Positions 37,878-47,060 of a DNA stretch of 64,000 bases are shown here, piece by piece. The notes beneath the pieces were generated by a model that was given only the letters and a program-made list of their open reading frames with translations, was not told where the DNA came from and made no database searches. The translations under genes and the position numbers were made by a program. Origin of the DNA: an uncultured virus (IMG/VR IMGVR_UViG_3300027793_000087) (lineage: Duplodnaviria > Heunggongvirae > Uroviricota > Caudoviricetes); the IMG/VR virus record IMGVR_UViG_3300027793_000087; one strand, given 5' to 3'. Position 1 is the first letter of the stretch. Each line of letters begins with the position of its first letter.

Positions 37878-39967
37878 TGGCGCAGCAGATGGATCAAAAC
37901 TTAGGAATGATCTACACGCTGGGCGTGCAGCCTGGTATTAAACGTGACGGTACCGTCTTTGAGTCCAGAGAGTTTACCGATGGCGTGTGGACCAGGTTCC
38001 AGCGTGGGGCCCCAAGAAAGATGGGGGGCTACCGGCAGATGTTCCGTGACTCAAACGGCATCGCGCGAGGAATGATCGTAAACGCCTACAACGGCCTAAA
38101 CTACTTATTTGCAGGTAATGCCACAACCTTAGACGCTTTTACTACCGGCACCACGTTTGGCGCCGGAAACGGGCCTTTCGTTTGCAATATGAACGTGGGC
38201 TACGCCGAAGAGCCCGTCATAGCAACCGGCGTAAATGACTTTGATGTAACTGGCGATCAGACGGCAAAGTATCCGATCGGCACACAGGTAGTATTCGATC
38301 AAACCCCCGGGGCTCAGATCTACACCGTCACGGGCGTGGCGTTTGTTGTTGACACTACCGTCTCTGTGACCCCAGCAATGCCTGGTACTCCCCCGGCGTC
38401 GGTCTGGATTGCTGACACGTACTACCAGCCAAGTATAAATAATCTGTGGCAGTTTGACGTTCAATACAACCCCTCCGGGGCGGCGCTTCAGGTTATAGCC
38501 CACCCAGGTAGAAACTTGGGAAACATTGATAACAGCTTTGAGACCCAAATCTACGCGGGGAACATTGTACCGGGACTTAGCGGAGACTGGGAGTTTTACG
38601 GTTTGGCAGACAGCGCGGGAGCAAACCCAACGTTTGCCCCGGTAACGGCCGACGGAGGGGTCTGCGTTTTGTACCCGTTTATTTTCATTTACGGGTCAAA
38701 CGGTTTTATCGCAAACAACCACGTTGACGCAACGTACGCAAATCAAAACTTTAGCGACTGGAACGGGCCACTGGCAAACCGGGTCAACATGGCGGCAGGT
38801 AAGATCGTTAAGGGCATTCCGGTTCGCGGCGGAACAAACTCACCATCGGGGTTGTTCTGGGCCACGGACAGTTTGATTCGTGTATCCTTTACTGGCAACT
38901 CTGCCCAGTACTGGAAGTACGACATTATTTCTAGCCAGACCACCATTCTATCATCAAACTGCATCGTAGAGATGGATGGAGTTTATTACTGGATGGGCGT
39001 TGACCGTTTTTATCTGTACAACGGCACGGTTCAGGTTCTGCCCAACGATAAAAACATTAACTGGGTGTACGACAACCTGAACTTCGAGCAACGCCAGAAG
39101 GTATGGGCAACAAAAGTGCCCAGATATAACGAGATCTGGTTTTTTTATCCACGCGGCTCTGCCACCGAGTGCACCGACGCAATTGTCTATAACGTCAAGG
39201 ACAAGATCTGGTACGACGCCGGGCAGGCGCTTGGCGCTCGCAGATCGTGCGGTTACACGACGGAGGTGTTTCCCTCGCCGATATGGTTTGGTTGGGAATA
39301 CTTGGCTACGTTTTCAAGCCCCTACCAGGTGGTGGCGACACCAGGCAGCTCTCCGCCTCCGGGACCAAACGAGCTTTACCTAGGAGGAAACGTAACGACG
39401 GGCTTGCCACCAGGAAAAAACTTTCAGTTTTCTACGGTGGTAGGTGACTCCTTTTACACCGTCGTTTCGTCAACGTACGACGCCGTGTCAAATACGACAT
39501 TGGTTGTTGCAAACAACAACTTTCCGGCATATCCGTCCGTGGGGCAGAACGTTTACCCGACCAGTAACGGGTACACGATGTGGCAGCACGAGTACGGGAC
39601 CGATACCATCAGCGACGATGGCACGCTGGCGATACAGTCAAACATATCAACCAGCGACATCAGCTGGGTCGGAGGGGATCCCTCTCAGGACGCCGCGAGG
39701 GGCGTAAACCGACGGATACACCTGCGCCGTATCGAGCCGGACTTTGTCCAGTCGGGCAACATGACGCTGCAGGTCATCGGTAGAAAATTTGCCAGGGGCG
39801 ACGAGGAGCTGTCGCCTGTGTTTACGTTTGGGCCTAACGACGGCAAGGTAGACCTGCGAATTGAAAACAGGGAGTCCCGGATAAAGTTTGAAAGCAACGT
39901 TGTTGGAGGAGACTACCAAATGGGCCGGGTTCTGATTACCGCCGAGTACGGAGACGAGAGGCCATGA
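37877..39967 (+). CDS. Tail nozzle/stabilisation protein
   Basis: RFQRGAPRKMGGY, YWMG, EIWFFYP, RIEPDF. Confidence 0.65.
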   Translation: MAQQMDQNLGMIYTLGVQPGIKRDGTVFESREFTDGVWTRFQRGAPRKMGGYRQMFRDSNGIARGMIVNAYNGLNYLFAGNATTLDAFTTGTTFGAGNGPFVCNMNVGYAEEPVIATGVNDFDVTGDQTAKYPIGTQVVFDQTPGAQIYTVTGVAFVVDTTVSVTPAMPGTPPASVWIADTYYQPSINNLWQFDVQYNPSGAALQVIAHPGRNLGNIDNSFETQIYAGNIVPGLSGDWEFYGLADSAGANPTFAPVTADGGVCVLYPFIFIYGSNGFIANNHVDATYANQNFSDWNGPLANRVNMAAGKIVKGIPVRGGTNSPSGLFWATDSLIRVSFTGNSAQYWKYDIISSQTTILSSNCIVEMDGVYYWMGVDRFYLYNGTVQVLPNDKNINWVYDNLNFEQRQKVWATKVPRYNEIWFFYPRGSATECTDAIVYNVKDKIWYDAGQALGARRSCGYTTEVFPSPIWFGWEYLATFSSPYQVVATPGSSPPPGPNELYLGGNVTTGLPPGKNFQFSTVVGDSFYTVVSSTYDAVSNTTLVVANNNFPAYPSVGQNVYPTSNGYTMWQHEYGTDTISDDGTLAIQSNISTSDISWVGGDPSQDAARGVNRRIHLRRIEPDFVQSGNMTLQVIGRKFARGDEELSPVFTFGPNDGKVDLRIENRESRIKFESNVVGGDYQMGRVLITAEYGDERP

Positions 39968-40221
39968 GCGTCCCGATCACCCAAAGCATCCCGTTTATTG
40001 CGGGCGATAACACCTGGGAGTCTTGGAATGGCAGCATGATCCACTACTTTGGCCAGGAGCCCCTGCCGAGGGTTGACGAAGTTGAGTGGCCAGAGTTTGC
40101 AAACAACATGATCAACCTGCCGACGTTCTCATCCTACGGTTTGCCAGGGCCAGGCGCGTACGATAACTGGCAGGACTGGGTATCTGCGGTTGTTAGTTTA
40201 GTGAACGGGCCTACCGAATAG
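39964..40221 (+). CDS. Hypothetical Trp-rich protein
   Basis: ATGA coupling. Confidence 0.65.
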   Translation: MSVPITQSIPFIAGDNTWESWNGSMIHYFGQEPLPRVDEVEWPEFANNMINLPTFSSYGLPGPGAYDNWQDWVSAVVSLVNGPTE

Positions 40222-40250
40222 GGTAAAATTTCCTCGCTTTCTGTATAAGT
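40221..40250 (+). promoter_or_regulatory. Putative late promoter of ACP-KS-ejection operon
   Basis: GGGTA-N16-TGTATAAGT. Confidence 0.55.
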
Positions 40251-40274
40251 GGATATAGAACGGGGAGAGGCCCA

Positions 40275-40559
40275 ATGAACTTTTTAGAGCTCTTTAACGA
40301 AGTAGCCAAGCTGGCAAAGCCGGCCGTGGCCGATACGCTAAAACCAGTCACGGACGACCAGGCACCCCTAAAGGAGCTCGGGATCGACAGCCTGGACCTG
40401 CTGATGGTAACGGTCTACCTGTGCGAGATCTTTGCAATACCCGAGGAGATTGGTAAGGATTTAAGGCCGGCGAATGTATCCGACATCGTTGCGTTTGTAA
40501 CCAAGAACGCTACAAGGATGCCCGGCTCGGTGGAAGAGGCACTCGGGCTGGTCTCGTGA
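40275..40559 (+). CDS. acpP: Acyl carrier protein
   Basis: 94 aa, LGIDSLD phosphopantetheine site (Ser39). Confidence 0.88.
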   Translation: MNFLELFNEVAKLAKPAVADTLKPVTDDQAPLKELGIDSLDLLMVTVYLCEIFAIPEEIGKDLRPANVSDIVAFVTKNATRMPGSVEEALGLVS

Positions 40560-41650
40560 TCTGGCTGACGGACTACCGCACGGCGGCGACCGATCAGACC
40601 ACGGCCCTGGAGGACCTGCCGTACCCGCAGAGGGTGCACTACTTCCCGGACACGTACCGAAGAACGGAAACGGGCCTGGTCTACCCTCCCCACAGGCTGG
40701 CGGACAAGGTGCTGGATCCCAAGCTGATGGTAGACATCCGGGACAGGGGCGGCAAGACGGCTTTTATATTTGCCTCGGGCAACGCACACCTGGCCGGCAT
40801 GAACGGCAAGGAAAAGAAGACGCAGCTCTGGTACGACTACAAGATGCTGCCGATGACGCTGACCCAGGTCTACGCCGGCAGGATCGCCCAGCAGTGTGGT
40901 GTAGAGGACCTGGTAACAACGGACGCAACGGCATGCGCCTCGTCTCTCAAGGTCTTGATGGACGTGCAGACACTGATAGACCTGTACGGGTTTGACCGGG
41001 TTGTAGTACTAAGCTTTGAGGACGCGGTCTCAAACAACGTCCTGCAGTTTTTTGGTGAGGCTGGTGCCTGTTTAACGCTGGCCCAGGAGCAAGAGCATAA
41101 AGTTATTCCATCCGCATTTGACAGAAATAACTTTGGGTTCTACGTCGGTCAGGGCGCGGTCTTTGCCGTGTTTGAAAACGCAGACCGCGGACACGCAAGG
41201 CTGGTGGGTGCCTACAGCGCATCGGAGCGCAGCACCAACGCCATAGGCCAGCGAGAGGACGGAGAGGGGTTTATTAAGGCAATGCGCGGGGCTCTGTCCT
41301 ACGCAAGGCTAGACGAGAGGGCCGTGACGATCGTAAAGACTCACGGAACCGGCACCAGATCGAACAATATGGCCGAGACCAACGCGATCAGGGAGGTGCT
41401 GGGTGATGTGGTAGCTACCTCATTTAAGCCAGCAATTGGTCACACGATGGGGGCCTCGGGTTTGTTAGAAACCTGTTTACTGCTAGACGCAATTAAACAA
41501 ACCGGCAAGGTGCCGGCGATTAAAAATAGAACAGAGCACGACCCCGTCTTCCTCAGCGAGGACACGGAGCCAGAGAGCGGAATGATTATGAGCTTAGCGG
41601 CCGGGATGGGGAACGTATACAGTGCCGCAATTTTTGACCCGAGGATTTAA
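40556..41650 (+). CDS. Beta-ketoacyl-ACP synthase (FabB/FabF-like)
   Basis: TACASS, KTHGTGT, KPAIGHTMGASG (Cys-His-His triad), GMGN. Confidence 0.92.
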   Translation: MIWLTDYRTAATDQTTALEDLPYPQRVHYFPDTYRRTETGLVYPPHRLADKVLDPKLMVDIRDRGGKTAFIFASGNAHLAGMNGKEKKTQLWYDYKMLPMTLTQVYAGRIAQQCGVEDLVTTDATACASSLKVLMDVQTLIDLYGFDRVVVLSFEDAVSNNVLQFFGEAGACLTLAQEQEHKVIPSAFDRNNFGFYVGQGAVFAVFENADRGHARLVGAYSASERSTNAIGQREDGEGFIKAMRGALSYARLDERAVTIVKTHGTGTRSNNMAETNAIREVLGDVVATSFKPAIGHTMGASGLLETCLLLDAIKQTGKVPAIKNRTEHDPVFLSEDTEPESGMIMSLAAGMGNVYSAAIFDPRI

Positions 41651-42120
41651 TGATTGACTCCAGACACCAGGAGCTGAGCAATGAGGAGATCATACAGATC
41701 GCCGCTCAGAACACTGGATCACAATACTCGCCAGAGCAGGTCCTTGCCTCGCTCATGGCCGAGACTCGCGTTCCAAACACGCTAACCCTTCGCCAGGGCA
41801 ATACCCTTTTTATTATCCACAGGTCCGAGAAGGACCCCTCCGTGGCCGTGTTCCGTGCACTTAACGCCGACACCGCGCCAAACTACCTCGAGAACAGCTT
41901 TATCTTTACCGAGACAATGAAGTCCATGGGGTTTAAAGCCATGGTATCAATGTTTTACGATCCTACCATCCTGAACATATTTAAGTACATATCACGCAAC
42001 CCACCGTTCCCTGGTATGGGTTACAAGGTGCAGCGGACAAAGGACGACGGGTTTTACGTTACGGTAAACCTTGGCTCAGAGCCGGGCGGTCTGGCGTCAG
42101 TTAAAAGGCAACCACAATGA
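41650..42120 (+). CDS. Hypothetical protein, possibly GNAT-like
   Basis: Coupled to KS; alpha/beta pattern; occupies the slot before ejection proteins. Fold is a guess. Confidence 0.5.
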   Translation: MIDSRHQELSNEEIIQIAAQNTGSQYSPEQVLASLMAETRVPNTLTLRQGNTLFIIHRSEKDPSVAVFRALNADTAPNYLENSFIFTETMKSMGFKAMVSMFYDPTILNIFKYISRNPPFPGMGYKVQRTKDDGFYVTVNLGSEPGGLASVKRQPQ

Positions 42121-43976
42121 GCGTAGAAGCCGTATTTGATTTTGCTGAAGACGTAATTGAGGGCGCCGTCGATCTAGTCGGTGACGTCGTTGACGTGGCG
42201 GTTGACGTCGTCGAGGACGTTGCAGAGACAGTCGGTGACGTTGTTGAGAATGCAATTGAGAACCCGATTGCCACGATAGGCACAATAGCTGCAATCGCCG
42301 CGGCCCCATACACCGGAGGCGCGTCACTGAACTGGATCCCTGCAATCAACGCCGCAAATACGCTGGCAGAAGGCGGAAGCTTTGAAGACGCCTTAAAATC
42401 TGCCGCCATATCTTACGTGGCACAAAACGTTGGCCAATACGTTGGCGACGTGGCAGGAACTTCTTTTCAGTACGGCACGGACCCATTGTCACAACAGACA
42501 GGGATGCTGGCCCAACAAAGCGGCGGGATGCTTGGTGGAACGACTGCGGGATATGTTGGCGGTGCGGCTGGTGCGGCAGCTTCCGGAGCAACGGCGGCGG
42601 CGCTTTCTGGCGGAGACATTGACCAGGCAGTGTACAACGCGCTGGCCAGCTACGCTGTTAGAAATGGCGTCCGGTACAGCATAAATGAGGCCGGAAAACT
42701 TGTTGACGAGTTTGGCAAAGAGGCCCCGCAATCCGCGGTAGATGAAATTACATCAAACGTTGTTAGTGAGCTAGATCAATATGAAGTAGACAATATCGGA
42801 AACGTAAGCCAGGGAAACATTCTTGGCGGGGGCCTTCCGTCAATTGATCCGTTTGAGGTTGATAACGTAGGCAACCGAAGCGAGAGCCAAATTCTTACGG
42901 GCATAGGCCAAGGAAACTTCTTAACGGATGCTGCAGGGAAGTACTTCAAAAATCAGTTTGCAAACGCCCTATCAAACCAGATCCTTGGCGGCATCATGCC
43001 GGACGATCCCAGGCCGATGGGGGCCAGGCTTAACCGCAGGCCCATGTCCTTGACGGGAGCCCCGGGAGTATCAGAAAGTTTGATGGATCTTGGCTACTCC
43101 GTCATCCCGGGACAAAACTTTACTATACCCGAACCGAAAGAAGAGGGCGAGTTTACTCCGGTCGGTCTGTGGGACCCCGGCATAAGCGAAAACTGGGATA
43201 CCAACGACAAGCTAAGCGGTCTTGGGTTTGCCGGTAAGTTTATTAACGAAGAGCAGCCCGAGGTGGAGGTTGAGCCCGATGAAGAGGTTGAGACCATTCC
43301 CGTGTCGTCGTCAGAGACAGGACAGGACCTCCAATCGCTGTCGCCAGACATTTCCGAGATGACCGAGCGTGACGCAATTGAGTTCTGGGACCCGGGCGTA
43401 AGTGATAGCTGGGAGACCGACAACAATCTGACTAACCTGGGATTCTCCGGCAGCTTTATCAACCAGGACGATTACATCAACGCCCCCGCAGAAGAAAGAC
43501 AAAGAATTATTGACGAGGTTAAACAACGTGGTTGGATGACCGAGGAAGAAAGGGCCGCGCTAGAGCAGAGCTCTGGGTTTTTTGACGCCGGCGCGGATAA
43601 CATATTAACAGACGCGTCTCCGTGGTACTCCCCGGAATACGCCGAGGGAGGACACATTGACCACAACCCAGAGTTCTACTCAGAGGGAGGCGCCTCGCTG
43701 GCTAACCGCTATGTCCGCGGCGACGGCGACGGTACCAGCGATAGCGTTCCTGCTATGCTGGCAAGCGGTGAGTTTGTCATCCCTGCTGACGTTGTGTCTG
43801 GCCTTGGAAACGGCGACAACGACGCTGGAGCAAAGGTATTGGATGGATTTATGGCAGCAATAAGAAGTCACAAGAGATCAACAAACCCAGAGGATCTGCC
43901 TCCGGACAGCAAGGGGCCCCTTGCCTACCTAGCAGAGGCGCACAAGAAAGCAGGAAAGAAATATGGCCGGTCTTAA
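42117..43976 (+). CDS. Putative ejection/internal virion protein 1
   Basis: Acidic amphipathic N-terminus, Gly/Ala hydrophobic stretches, C-terminal GDGTSDSVPAMLASGEFV domain. Confidence 0.65.
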   Translation: MSVEAVFDFAEDVIEGAVDLVGDVVDVAVDVVEDVAETVGDVVENAIENPIATIGTIAAIAAAPYTGGASLNWIPAINAANTLAEGGSFEDALKSAAISYVAQNVGQYVGDVAGTSFQYGTDPLSQQTGMLAQQSGGMLGGTTAGYVGGAAGAAASGATAAALSGGDIDQAVYNALASYAVRNGVRYSINEAGKLVDEFGKEAPQSAVDEITSNVVSELDQYEVDNIGNVSQGNILGGGLPSIDPFEVDNVGNRSESQILTGIGQGNFLTDAAGKYFKNQFANALSNQILGGIMPDDPRPMGARLNRRPMSLTGAPGVSESLMDLGYSVIPGQNFTIPEPKEEGEFTPVGLWDPGISENWDTNDKLSGLGFAGKFINEEQPEVEVEPDEEVETIPVSSSETGQDLQSLSPDISEMTERDAIEFWDPGVSDSWETDNNLTNLGFSGSFINQDDYINAPAEERQRIIDEVKQRGWMTEEERAALEQSSGFFDAGADNILTDASPWYSPEYAEGGHIDHNPEFYSEGGASLANRYVRGDGDGTSDSVPAMLASGEFVIPADVVSGLGNGDNDAGAKVLDGFMAAIRSHKRSTNPEDLPPDSKGPLAYLAEAHKKAGKKYGRS

Positions 43977-45129
43977 CGATCTAGTAACCAACAGAGAGAC
44001 ACAATCAACGTCGCTGCCGAGCTGGTACAGCACGGCGCAGCAGAGTCTTGTCAACCAGGCGACCGGGGTCAATGCCCCGGCCCTGGCCGATACCGCGGCC
44101 CAGTCTGCGGTCAGTGCGTTCGGAGCAGGCAGCCCGTTTACCGCGGGCCAGAACATCCTGCAGTCGATCGGAAGCGGCGCCGCAAATCCCTGGCTTGTCT
44201 CAACCGATGCCGCGGGGGCACAAACGGTTACACCAAACGTTGCAACGCCTCTGGGTGGTCTCTTTGCCGCACAGAAAGATTATCTTAGCCAGATCCTACC
44301 GGACATCGAGGCCGCCGAGACGGCAGGCTCTATCGCTGGCGGAGACTTTGGTAGCCGCATGAACCTCTCCGGCGTCCAGCGGGAGAGGTCCAAGGCATTC
44401 TCCGACCTGGCACAGAAGCAGATGCAGGCCGCGCTGCAGGCGCAGCAGTACGGGGTATCGGCCGGTGCCGGACTGAGCGACATCGGCCAGGAGATTGTCA
44501 AATCCGCGCTTGAGACGGGCAAGTTCCAACAAAACGCCCCGTACGCCGGGGCCGTAAACCTTGCCAACATCCTCGGAGGCGTAAAGACAGGACAGGATAT
44601 TACCAAGTCCGTGCAGCTGGGCGGGCTAAACCAGATCATGGGCCTCTTGTCCGGTGTGCAGGGTGGTATTGGGGCGCTTACCGGAGACTACATGCGAGAC
44701 TCTACCGGCAAGATTCTTACCGACAAACAGGGCAACCCAATTAAGCGACAGGGATTACTTGACCAGCTTGGAATTAAAGGCGGCCTTACCTCGCTCGGAA
44801 ACTTCTTTAGAAATCCGTCAACTCTTCCGCCTGTCACTCACACAAGCCCCGACTCTGGCGCCGTGTTTGACTCCGAGTCTGGGTTGACGTTTGTCACGGG
44901 CGCGGACGGAAACCAGTACTCAATCGACGTCAGCGGAAACTACTACGACGCCGGCGGTAATTTAATATGGTCGCCTGGTGGTGCGTACTCAGACGAGCCA
45001 GACTACGGCTACGGTTATGGTGATGAAGCAGAAAATCCAAACTATTACTACGACTTTGGGTACGGTGACAACAACACAAACCAAAGCTATACCTATGACC
45101 CAAACTATGACTTTGGGTACGGGGACTAA
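43963..45129 (+). CDS. Putative ejection protein 2
   Basis: Ala/Gly/Gln-rich; LPSWY; Tyr-Asp-Gly-rich tail. Confidence 0.6.
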   Translation: MAGLNDLVTNRETQSTSLPSWYSTAQQSLVNQATGVNAPALADTAAQSAVSAFGAGSPFTAGQNILQSIGSGAANPWLVSTDAAGAQTVTPNVATPLGGLFAAQKDYLSQILPDIEAAETAGSIAGGDFGSRMNLSGVQRERSKAFSDLAQKQMQAALQAQQYGVSAGAGLSDIGQEIVKSALETGKFQQNAPYAGAVNLANILGGVKTGQDITKSVQLGGLNQIMGLLSGVQGGIGALTGDYMRDSTGKILTDKQGNPIKRQGLLDQLGIKGGLTSLGNFFRNPSTLPPVTHTSPDSGAVFDSESGLTFVTGADGNQYSIDVSGNYYDAGGNLIWSPGGAYSDEPDYGYGYGDEAENPNYYYDFGYGDNNTNQSYTYDPNYDFGYGD

Positions 45130-45131
45130 CG

Positions 45132-47060
45132 ATGAGCGGACTTTCCTACTTTGATAACGGCGGCGCAGCGCAATCAGAAGACGCCACGGTAATGGTCAAG
45201 CCTACCGCAGGTCGCGGTAGGTACGGTCTTCCAACGGTAACGACAAACTTGCCTGTCAACACCGGCGTCTTGTCCAGCATGGAGCAGCTGTACCAGGACA
45301 AACTGTCGCAGCAGCAGGGTTTTATGGAAGCCATGAAGGACGCCGCGGCATGGTGGTCTGGCGGAATTGAGGGCCCTGGCGCCGCTTTATCTAGAAGGAC
45401 CAAAGAGCGCGAAGAACAAACCGCTAACCTGTTCCAGCTCCAGACGCAGATCGCGCAGTACCGCGCGGCGCAGGAGGCACAGAAAAACTTTGAGCGTCGC
45501 AGAACTGGAGAGCTAGGTCAGATTCCAGGAGCTGCGGGACAGCCTCCCTCGCTGGCGTCTCAAATGTTTGGCATGCCTGCCGAGATTCGCCAGGCCCTTA
45601 TGAACGCCAAGACAGAGGCGGAGTACGACAAGATATACGGAGAGTGGGCCAAGAAGAAGGCAGAGGTAGAGGCAAGCCCAGAGTTTGACGTTCCGAAGAT
45701 TCCGGTAGTTACTTGGAACGAAGAGACAAATGAGTGGCAGCGCGATGTCATATCCGCTCGCCAGCTTCGTGCCAACCCAAACAAGTACCTCAGCCCGGAG
45801 AGCGTTCCCTCGGCGCCTGCCAAGAAAGAGGCTCCCAAGCCTGCAGCGGCAGCAACACCGCCCGAGGCGGCCCCGCCGCCTGCAGCGGTTGCTGAGGCCC
45901 CGCCCCCGGCAGCGGTCGCGGAGGCACCATCCCCGGAGGCCGCGCCAAGGGCACAACCCGTAAACTACACATTCAGCGAGCTGACTCCCGACCAGATTAA
46001 GAGGATGAGCGAGCAGGGCCGTGCCATGGGCCTAATTAACAACGTCATGGAGCGCCCGGATGCCGCAGAGCTCTTTGACAAGCAGCCACTTGAAAAACGC
46101 AAGGCCGTTTTCAACGCACTGCAGACTCCTCCGGTTCAGGTTGCAGCAGCACCATCTACGACCATGACGGACGTGACGGCACCGACCACGGGAACGATGA
46201 GGCCAACGACTCAGGTGGCGCAGGCTCCTGCTGCCGCACCGGCTCCGGCTCCGGCTCCGGCACGTCCACCAAAACCAACAGCTAGCCAGCTCGAGCGGCA
46301 GGCCGAGATAGATAAGCAGGTGGAAATTGCAGCGGCAACCAAAAAGCTTGAGTCTGATAAAACTCAGCGTGATCTTTATGAAAAAGAAGCAGATCCTTTA
46401 CTTATTTCAGAAAGAAAAACTCGAGCCGAGGCTGTACAAAAACTTGTAACTGAAGACCCAACAATTGTTGGTGTTTTGATGCAGCCAAACGTTAAGAGCG
46501 CAATTGCAAACGTAATCCAGCAAGGCCTCTCTACTCCGAGCGGATCCATATCTATCTCTGGTTTGAGCGACGCAATCTTCCAGACGCTGCCGACCACTAT
46601 GAGCCTTACCAAGCGGCGCGAGGTGGCTGGATACATTGCACAGATGGAACTAGATGCGGCCAAAGCAATGAACGGTCAGGGCCAGATCTCTGACTCCGAG
46701 CGACAAATTATTAGGGCCGCTTCTATTAGCATTGAGGACCCGGCAGAAGTAGTGGTCAAGAAGGCCATGATGATGCAGGCACGACAAGAGACGCTGGAGA
46801 AGTTAAACCAAATCTACGGCGATGGAAGCAAGTTTATTAAAAACTTTGGGGCGTTTAAGAACGATCCCCAATACAAGGCAATACAAAAAGAATACGAAGA
46901 AAGACTTCGTGCAATTGCAAAACAAGAGATTAAGATTGATCGGTCCATGGTTGGTAAGATCGGCGGAGGGGATCAGAAGCCGCCAACAAAAGTTCAACCG
47001 TTTGGGGATGCAGAGAAAGAGCGTCGCTATCAAGAGTGGAAACGGAGCCAGGGCAAATGA
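45132..47060 (+). CDS. Putative ejection protein 3
   Basis: Helical with Pro/Ala linkers; GQGQISDSER. Confidence 0.6.
   Translation: MSGLSYFDNGGAAQSEDATVMVKPTAGRGRYGLPTVTTNLPVNTGVLSSMEQLYQDKLSQQQGFMEAMKDAAAWWSGGIEGPGAALSRRTKEREEQTANLFQLQTQIAQYRAAQEAQKNFERRRTGELGQIPGAAGQPPSLASQMFGMPAEIRQALMNAKTEAEYDKIYGEWAKKKAEVEASPEFDVPKIPVVTWNEETNEWQRDVISARQLRANPNKYLSPESVPSAPAKKEAPKPAAAATPPEAAPPPAAVAEAPPPAAVAEAPSPEAAPRAQPVNYTFSELTPDQIKRMSEQGRAMGLINNVMERPDAAELFDKQPLEKRKAVFNALQTPPVQVAAAPSTTMTDVTAPTTGTMRPTTQVAQAPAAAPAPAPAPARPPKPTASQLERQAEIDKQVEIAAATKKLESDKTQRDLYEKEADPLLISERKTRAEAVQKLVTEDPTIVGVLMQPNVKSAIANVIQQGLSTPSGSISISGLSDAIFQTLPTTMSLTKRREVAGYIAQMELDAAKAMNGQGQISDSERQIIRAASISIEDPAEVVVKKAMMMQARQETLEKLNQIYGDGSKFIKNFGAFKNDPQYKAIQKEYEERLRAIAKQEIKIDRSMVGKIGGGDQKPPTKVQPFGDAEKERRYQEWKRSQGK

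Noticed and set aside
40275..41650. Host contamination or complete fatty-acid/PKS cluster
   Set aside because: Genes are coupled to phage genes behind a phage-type promoter, and no reductase, dehydratase or malonyl transferase is present.
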